Positions 58,780-64,000 of a stretch of 64,000 nt of DNA are shown here, one piece after another (position 1 is the stretch's first letter; each line of letters begins with the position of its first letter). A program made the translations under genes and the position numbers. The stretch comes from Candidatus Latescibacterota bacterium (lineage in GTDB: Bacteria; Latescibacterota; UBA2968), in NCBI GenBank assembly GCA_965222605.1, contig OZ244960.1, positions 4,928,001 to 4,992,000 on the forward strand, in the 5' to 3' direction. The notes below the pieces were generated by a model. The model was not told where the DNA came from. It was given only the letters and a program-made list of their open reading frames with translations, and made no database searches.

Positions 58780-59652
58780 TTACTCGATGTTTTGAACCTG
58801 TTCTTTGAGTTTTTCAAGTTCTTCTTTGATATCCACGACCACATGGGCTATCGTCGCGTCACCTGCTTTGGATCCTATGGTATTGGCTTCTCTGAGCATT
58901 TCTTGCAGCAAAAAATTGAGACGACGGCCAACGGCTTCTTTGCGATCGAGCATCCCGAGAAACTGCGCGTTGTGACTGTGAAAACGCACGCATTCTTCTG
59001 TTATGTCGCTGCGGTCAGCTAAGAGAGCAATTTCCATCAACAACCTGCTCTCATCAATTTGTTCAGGTGTTAATAATTGCGCCAATTTTTCCTCTAACCG
59101 CGTCCGAACAGTTTCTACACGCTCGGGTGCGAGTGTTTCGACGCGCTGGAGAAATTCGTCGAGCAGTGTAATGCGCGTGCGGAGATCACAGGCGAGTTTT
59201 TCACCTTCTGCCAGGCACATGGCCCGACAGGCGTCAATGGCCTGACTGAGTGCAGCAGATACCACTTTCCAGAGGGCGCCAGAATCGAGTTCGGGAATTT
59301 CAAATGCGAATATTTGAGGCAATTGGGCAATTTGCATCAAATCGATATCGCCCGATATATCCGCGCGAATTTCTTTAATTCCTTTGAGATACGCGGATAG
59401 AACTTCGGGCTTGAGAACGGGAAGTCCCTGCTCTGATGCAGTACCCTGCAAGGTGATACTCACATCGAGTCGCCCTCTTGTAAAGACCGACAAAACCCGT
59501 TCTTTGATACGAGGCTCAAGCTCAGACAAAGAACGGGGCATGCGTACCATCACATCGCCATAGCGTCCATTGACCGACCGAATTTCAACAATAACACGCC
59601 CCACTTCCCCTTCTGCAACGCCCTTTCCAAAACCGGTCATGCTGGCGATCAT
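58780..59652 (-). CDS. yicC: YicC/YloC family endoribonuclease
   Basis: SMTGFG; GRRLNFLLQEM.RE.NTIGSK; EQVQNIE. Confidence 0.95.
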   Translation of the reverse strand: MIASMTGFGKGVAEGEVGRVIVEIRSVNGRYGDVMVRMPRSLSELEPRIKERVLSVFTRGRLDVSITLQGTASEQGLPVLKPEVLSAYLKGIKEIRADISGDIDLMQIAQLPQIFAFEIPELDSGALWKVVSAALSQAIDACRAMCLAEGEKLACDLRTRITLLDEFLQRVETLAPERVETVRTRLEEKLAQLLTPEQIDESRLLMEIALLADRSDITEECVRFHSHNAQFLGMLDRKEAVGRRLNFLLQEMLREANTIGSKAGDATIAHVVVDIKEELEKLKEQVQNIE

Positions 59653-59717
59653 ACCCGCTCCCACCTTCTGGCAAATGCAGAAAAAAATGTCTTAAACAAT
59701 AGATTAGAAAGCTAAAA

Positions 59718-59746
59718 AAGATACTCAATTTATACATCGTTGTCAA
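59718..59746 (-). promoter_or_regulatory. sigma70-type promoter for the yicC-gmk-rpoZ-coaBC operon
   Basis: TTGACA-17nt-TATCTT on minus strand. Confidence 0.65.
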
Positions 59747-59900
59747 TCAAACTGGGTGACTACTCCCAACGATAGAGCAGTTGGGCTTCTTGGCGTTTAG
59801 GTCGCCTGACGTTGTAGCCCCAACGTCAAAATGTTTATGGCAGCATTGAGGTCTCTGTCTGCGGTATAGCCACACGCCTTGCAATTGTGTACACGCTGAG
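59736..59900 (-). ncRNA. Predicted TnpB omegaRNA/reRNA (5' boundary approximate) with 3' guide from flanking DNA
   Basis: Known TnpB biology: scaffold overlaps the tnpB 3' end and right end; guide starts after TCAC. Confidence 0.55.
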
Positions 59901-60921
59901 AGAGTGCTTTTTTCTCTCTATGTCCGCATGCCGAGCAATCTTGTGAGGTGTATTCAGGATTGACGGCCTTGAATCCAATACCAGCCTCTTCCGCTTTGTA
60001 TTCGAGACAGTGCCGAAACAGTGACCATGCTACGTCTGCTATTGATTTAGACAATCGCCTGTTCTTTTGCATCTTTTTAACTTTCAATTTCTCGACGGCT
60101 ATGAAGCTGTGACGAGTGACCATTTTTCTTGATTCTTGATGGGCAAAGTTATGTCGCTTATTACGGATACGCTCATGCACTCTGGCAATGACTTTACGAC
60201 GCTTTTCTCTTACGGCGTCGGTCTTGGGTCTTTTTTTCACCGCGTCCCATTTGCGCTGTGCTTTGGCAAGTGATTTTTGCTCTTTTCTAAAGAATCGCTG
60301 GTTGGCTATCTTCTGTCCGTCACTGGTTACAGCAAAGGAATTGAGACCCACGTCAATGCCAACGGCAGAGCCAGCGTCTGCTTTCTTACTTATGCCGCCT
60401 ATATCGCAAGAGATAGTAGCGAACCACTTGCCCGTCGCCGTGCGCGTGACGGTGCAAGACTTAGGAACGCCGTCAAGTGGCCTGTGCTGGACAATGCGAA
60501 TACAGCCTATTTTACTCAATCGCAAGCCCTTATCGTCCAATCGGCATCCATTGGAAAACTGAGGATAGGTGATAGAATCATAGCGATTCTGACCCTTGTA
60601 TCTGGGAAAGCCAGCTTTCTCGCCCGTCTTTGCCCGCTCTTTGAGACGACGAAAGAATGCTTTGAATGCCAGATCAACTCTTGTTGATACTTGTTGCAAT
60701 ACCTGACTATATACTTGCTTGAATGCAAGACGCTGTTGCTTCATCAATGGTATTGTTTTTGTCTGGTCATGACGAGACAGAGACTTATTTTCACTTTCCC
60801 ATGCTTGGACTCTCGCACAGACAAGCTGGTTATATAGCAAGCGACATTCTTCAATATGTGCCAGCAAGACTTTCTCTTGCTTTTTCGTTGGGCGCAGTCT
60901 GTATTTGTAGGACTTAAGCAT
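59797..60921 (-). CDS. tnpB: RNA-guided endonuclease TnpB
   Basis: YKYRLRPT; GFPRYK; RuvC GIDVG / VEKL / DRDLNAA; Zn finger CSAC-CKAC. Confidence 0.96.
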   Translation of the reverse strand: MLKSYKYRLRPTKKQEKVLLAHIEECRLLYNQLVCARVQAWESENKSLSRHDQTKTIPLMKQQRLAFKQVYSQVLQQVSTRVDLAFKAFFRRLKERAKTGEKAGFPRYKGQNRYDSITYPQFSNGCRLDDKGLRLSKIGCIRIVQHRPLDGVPKSCTVTRTATGKWFATISCDIGGISKKADAGSAVGIDVGLNSFAVTSDGQKIANQRFFRKEQKSLAKAQRKWDAVKKRPKTDAVREKRRKVIARVHERIRNKRHNFAHQESRKMVTRHSFIAVEKLKVKKMQKNRRLSKSIADVAWSLFRHCLEYKAEEAGIGFKAVNPEYTSQDCSACGHREKKALSQRVHNCKACGYTADRDLNAAINILTLGLQRQAT

Positions 60922-61080
60922 AATAAAAATATATACTTATGAGCGTATTTTGTCAAGCTATTTTTCGTAGAGTTAACGGACGAATCACAATGATGAAGTG
61001 CTGGCGCAGTTGTACACCGCTCCACCGCCCATATCGCCTTGAGCGATATGCCCAATGCTAAAGCACCACACCATAAGCAT

Positions 61081-61101
61081 GTCCCTGCGAAAGCAGGGAA
61101 C
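61081..61101. repeat. REP-like palindrome
   Basis: gtccctgc-gaaa-gcagggaac; reads WFPAFAGT on the minus strand, like TCCC-N-GGGAA REP/RPE families. Confidence 0.55.
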
Positions 61102-61234
61102 CAGAAGCCCTTCGCCATGCGACCCACACCTGAAGGATGTGGGTTTTACGGGCTGTTTGATAAGACTACGGATTTAAGGTTGTCAATCGCATTTCCCCGC
61201 TGAGGTGATCCCGAGTTGTATTTCTACACTTTGA

Positions 61235-61263
61235 TTGACCTCAACGAGGTAAGACGGTATATT
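61235..61263 (+). promoter_or_regulatory. sigma70-type promoter for lepA-lepB-hemW
   Basis: TTGACC-17nt-TATATT. Confidence 0.6.
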
Positions 61264-61377
61264 CTCATGCTTTATGGCGTTTATTAAACTACTATACTGA
61301 CGTTGTGCTGTGCACGCGCAGCACAACGTTCACTCGCCTTCATATACGACTTCTCGAACTTGTTGAAACGCAAAAAC

Positions 61378-63177
61378 ATGAATCTTCAAAATATTCGAAA
61401 TTTTTCCATCATCGCGCATATTGACCACGGAAAATCAACTCTGGCTGACCGGTTGCTCGAGCAGACTCAAACTCTGAGTAAATTTCAGATGCAAGATCAG
61501 GTGCTCGACAGCATGGATCTCGAGCGCGAGCGGGGGATTACCATTAAATCGCACGCCATTCGCATGGATTACACGGCGCCAGATGGCCAGATTTATGAAC
61601 TCAACCTCATCGATACACCGGGCCATGTCGATTTCTCTTATGAAGTCTCGCGCAGCCTCACCGCATGTGAAGGGGCGCTGCTCCTCGTTGACGCGGCACA
61701 GGGGGTGGAAGCCCAAACCGTTAGCAATGTTCTCCTCGCTATGGAGCACGACCTGTTCATCATTCCCGTGATCAACAAAATTGACCTGCCCGGCGCCGAG
61801 GTCGATCGCGTGGTCATGCAACTCCACGACTTGCTGGGTGTCGAAGAAGAAGAAATTGTCAAAATCAGTGCCAAAGAGGGCATTGGGATCGCTACACTCT
61901 TGAGTGCCATCATCGATGAGATACCGCCTCCTGATGGGAACCCGGATGCGCCCCTTAAGGCCCTCATATTCGATTCTGTTTTTGATCAATATCGCGGTGT
62001 CGTGGCTTATGTGCGCGTTTTTGATGGCGTTCTGAAAAAAAATATGCCCATCCGACTTTTTTCGACCCGCCAAAATTACGACGCCGAAGAAATTGGCACC
62101 CTCAAACTCAAACGCATCAAACAACAAAGCCTTAGTGCTGGCGAAGTCGGGTATCTCATCGCGGGGATAAAAGACCTTGAAGACGCTCGGGTCGGCGATA
62201 CCGTTACCGGCTCTGCGAATCCCGCCATTCATCCCTTGCCCGGCTATAAGGAAGTCAAACCCATGGTTTTTGCCGGACTCTATCCCGTATTATCAGATGA
62301 CTTTGAAAACCTGCGCTCTGCGCTCGAAAAACTGCACCTTAACGATGCGTCATTGTCCTACGAACCCGAAACTTCGACAGCACTCGGTTTCGGGTTCCGA
62401 TGTGGCTTTCTCGGCCTGCTCCACATGGAAATTGTCCAGGAGCGACTGGACCGCGAATTTGACATAGACATCATTACTACTGTGCCCAATGTCGAATATC
62501 GCGTGCGTCTGACCAGTGGTGAGCAAATCGATGTGCAAAATCCCGCAGGGATGCCCCCAGCGGGAAATATAGAAGATATTGCCGAACCCATACTCGATGC
62601 CCAAATCCTGGTGCCCTCTGAATATGTGGGCAGTATTATGCGTATTGCACAAGACCGGCGGGGACATTACCGGACGACCGAATATATCGATCCCACCCGC
62701 GCGCTCTTGCGCTACGACCTGCCGTTATCCGAAATTGTACTCGATTTTTACGACCGTCTCAAGTCGGTCTCGCGCGGTTATGCATCTTTTGACTACGAAT
62801 ACAAAAAACACCAGGCAGCGGATCTGGTCAAACTCGACCTGCTCATCAATGGCGAACCTTTAGACGCACTCTCTGCAATTGTTCACCGCGACAAAGCCCA
62901 TGAATGGGGGCGTGCGTTGTGTCAAAAACTCAAGGCACTAATCCCGCGACAACTCTTTGAGGTCGTTATTCAAGCGGCAATTGGTGCCAAAGTGATTTCG
63001 CGCGAAACCGTGCGTCCCTTCCGCAAAAACGTCACTGCCAAATGTTATGGTGGCGATATTACCCGCAAGCGCAAACTCCTCGAGCGTCAAAAAGAGGGCA
63101 AAAAGCGCATGAAACAAGTCGGCGCAGTAGAAATCCCCCAAGAGGCATTTCTCGCTGTTTTGCAGATGGAAGTGTGA
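61378..63177 (+). CDS. lepA: Elongation factor 4
   Basis: [20 protein letters not shown]; [11 protein letters not shown]; [10 protein letters not shown]. Confidence 0.98.
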   Translation: MNLQNIRNFSIIAHIDHGKSTLADRLLEQTQTLSKFQMQDQVLDSMDLERERGITIKSHAIRMDYTAPDGQIYELNLIDTPGHVDFSYEVSRSLTACEGALLLVDAAQGVEAQTVSNVLLAMEHDLFIIPVINKIDLPGAEVDRVVMQLHDLLGVEEEEIVKISAKEGIGIATLLSAIIDEIPPPDGNPDAPLKALIFDSVFDQYRGVVAYVRVFDGVLKKNMPIRLFSTRQNYDAEEIGTLKLKRIKQQSLSAGEVGYLIAGIKDLEDARVGDTVTGSANPAIHPLPGYKEVKPMVFAGLYPVLSDDFENLRSALEKLHLNDASLSYEPETSTALGFGFRCGFLGLLHMEIVQERLDREFDIDIITTVPNVEYRVRLTSGEQIDVQNPAGMPPAGNIEDIAEPILDAQILVPSEYVGSIMRIAQDRRGHYRTTEYIDPTRALLRYDLPLSEIVLDFYDRLKSVSRGYASFDYEYKKHQAADLVKLDLLINGEPLDALSAIVHRDKAHEWGRALCQKLKALIPRQLFEVVIQAAIGAKVISRETVRPFRKNVTAKCYGGDITRKRKLLERQKEGKKRMKQVGAVEIPQEAFLAVLQMEV

Positions 63178-63182
63178 GGAAA

Positions 63183-63872
63183 ATGCCCCAAAAAAAATCC
63201 GTGACTATTGAATATATCAAAGCCATCTTACTCGCGTTTGCACTCGCGCTTTTTATTCGCATATTTGTCGTACAGGCATTTCGCATTCCTTCGGGATCGA
63301 TGGAAAGCACTTTGCTGGTCGGAGATTTTTTGCTGGCGAATAAATTTATTTATGGCGCTCGCATTCCCTTTACCGACGTTCGCCTGCCTGCGTGGCGCTC
63401 GCCAGCTCCCGGCGATATTGTCATTTTTCAGTATCCCAGAGATCTATCCCGCGATTTTATCAAACGCATTGTCGCAGGCCCCGGGCAGAAAGTTGAAATC
63501 AAGGATAAAATCCTTTATGTTGACGACAAACGCGCGATTGATCCGTCCAAAATCAAATATATAGATTCTGTTATTCTCAAACGGAGATCGGCGGCCAATA
63601 CGCGGGATAACTACGGGCCTAAGATCGTGCCCGAAGACTGTTATTTCGTGATGGGCGACAATCGCGACAGCAGTGAAGACAGCCGATACTGGGGCTTTCT
63701 CAAGCGCGATCTCATTCGAGGTCAAGCATTTCTTCTCTACTGGTCCTGGGCACTAGATGATCGTGTCCCCGCATATAGCAACATAACATCTCTAATCGGT
63801 ATCGCGATCTATAATCTGCTCCATTTTCCAGAGCGCGTGCGCTGGCAGCGCATTGGCATGCTCGTGGAGTGA
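63183..63872 (+). CDS. lepB: Signal peptidase I
   Basis: IPSGSM; FIKRI; MGDNRDSSEDSRYWG. Confidence 0.97.
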   Translation: MPQKKSVTIEYIKAILLAFALALFIRIFVVQAFRIPSGSMESTLLVGDFLLANKFIYGARIPFTDVRLPAWRSPAPGDIVIFQYPRDLSRDFIKRIVAGPGQKVEIKDKILYVDDKRAIDPSKIKYIDSVILKRRSAANTRDNYGPKIVPEDCYFVMGDNRDSSEDSRYWGFLKRDLIRGQAFLLYWSWALDDRVPAYSNITSLIGIAIYNLLHFPERVRWQRIGMLVE

Positions 63873-63875
63873 CAC

Positions 63876-64000
63876 ATCGGTCTTTACATCCACATCCCAT
63901 TTTGTCACTCTCGCTGTCCGTATTGCGATTTTGCATTTGTCGTGGGCAAAAATCACCTGGCAAAACGCTATACGGATGCGGTGATTGCCGAAATGCAAAA
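63876..64000 (+). CDS. hemW: Radical SAM heme chaperone HemW, 5' part (no canonical start codon; truncated by window edge)
   Basis: GLYIHIPFCHSRCPYCDF directly after lepB. Confidence 0.85.
   Translation, partial: MGLYIHIPFCHSRCPYCDFAFVVGKNHLAKRYTDAVIAEMQ

Larger units (their letters stand above)
59756..61159 (-). mobile_element. IS200/IS605 family element, tnpB only (non-autonomous)
   Basis: Left end TTAT|CAAACAGCCCGTAAAACCCACATCCTTCAGGTGTGGG; right end GAAGCCCAAC..GTTGGGAGTAGTCAC|; no tnpA. Confidence 0.85.

Noticed and set aside
59797-60921. TnpB as nuclease-dead TldR regulator or Cas12f
   Set aside because: All three RuvC acidic residues are present, IS ends are intact and there is no CRISPR array
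60744-61127. 127-aa ORF upstream of tnpB as tnpA
   Set aside because: No HUH/Y1 motifs; it is a translation of palindromic repeats
59739-61188. gttgtcaatc present on both sides of the tnpB element, considered as a target-site duplication
   Set aside because: Not flush with the ends; IS200/IS605 elements make no TSD; both copies are explained as TTGACA-containing promoter-like motifs

Overview
Bacterial chromosomal window of about 50% GC. It is probably from the FCB superphylum (Ca. Latescibacterota-like); this is inferred from a dockerin/EF-hand 'DFxxxGxVDFxDF' protein, PorV, GWxTD and a peptidase-TolB-BamA fusion. Most of it is housekeeping and envelope genes: accD-aroQ, sucD, rpiA, era, lepA-lepB-hemW, and a ~14.6 kb minus-strand run yicC-gmk-rpoZ-coaBC-udg-dnaB-radA-kptA-DAC-GT87-TPR-moxR-DUF58-ABC-Gfo. 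There are two insertion sequences with identifiable ends: an IS1380, and a tnpB-only IS200/IS605 element with a predictable TAM and guide. No tRNA, rRNA or CRISPR array was seen. Most notable observations: (1) an uncharacterised operon encoding a 1615-aa PA/pseudo-M28-peptidase/MacB-FtsX fusion and an OPT-like transporter, with no ATPase gene; (2) a short repeat family (core AGCGGTGTACAA) that forms the arms of a ~130-nt multi-stem element, lies inside the IS, and appears inserted in frame in an oxidoreductase gene; (3) a radA-kptA-diadenylate cyclase arrangement with an altered Tpt1 NAD lobe; (4) an active L,D-transpeptidase paired with a catalytically degenerate paralogue; (5) a hemW with no canonical start codon; (6) an orphan YefM followed by a few codons resembling a toxin start. 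Family assignments come from motif recognition only; no database search was run.
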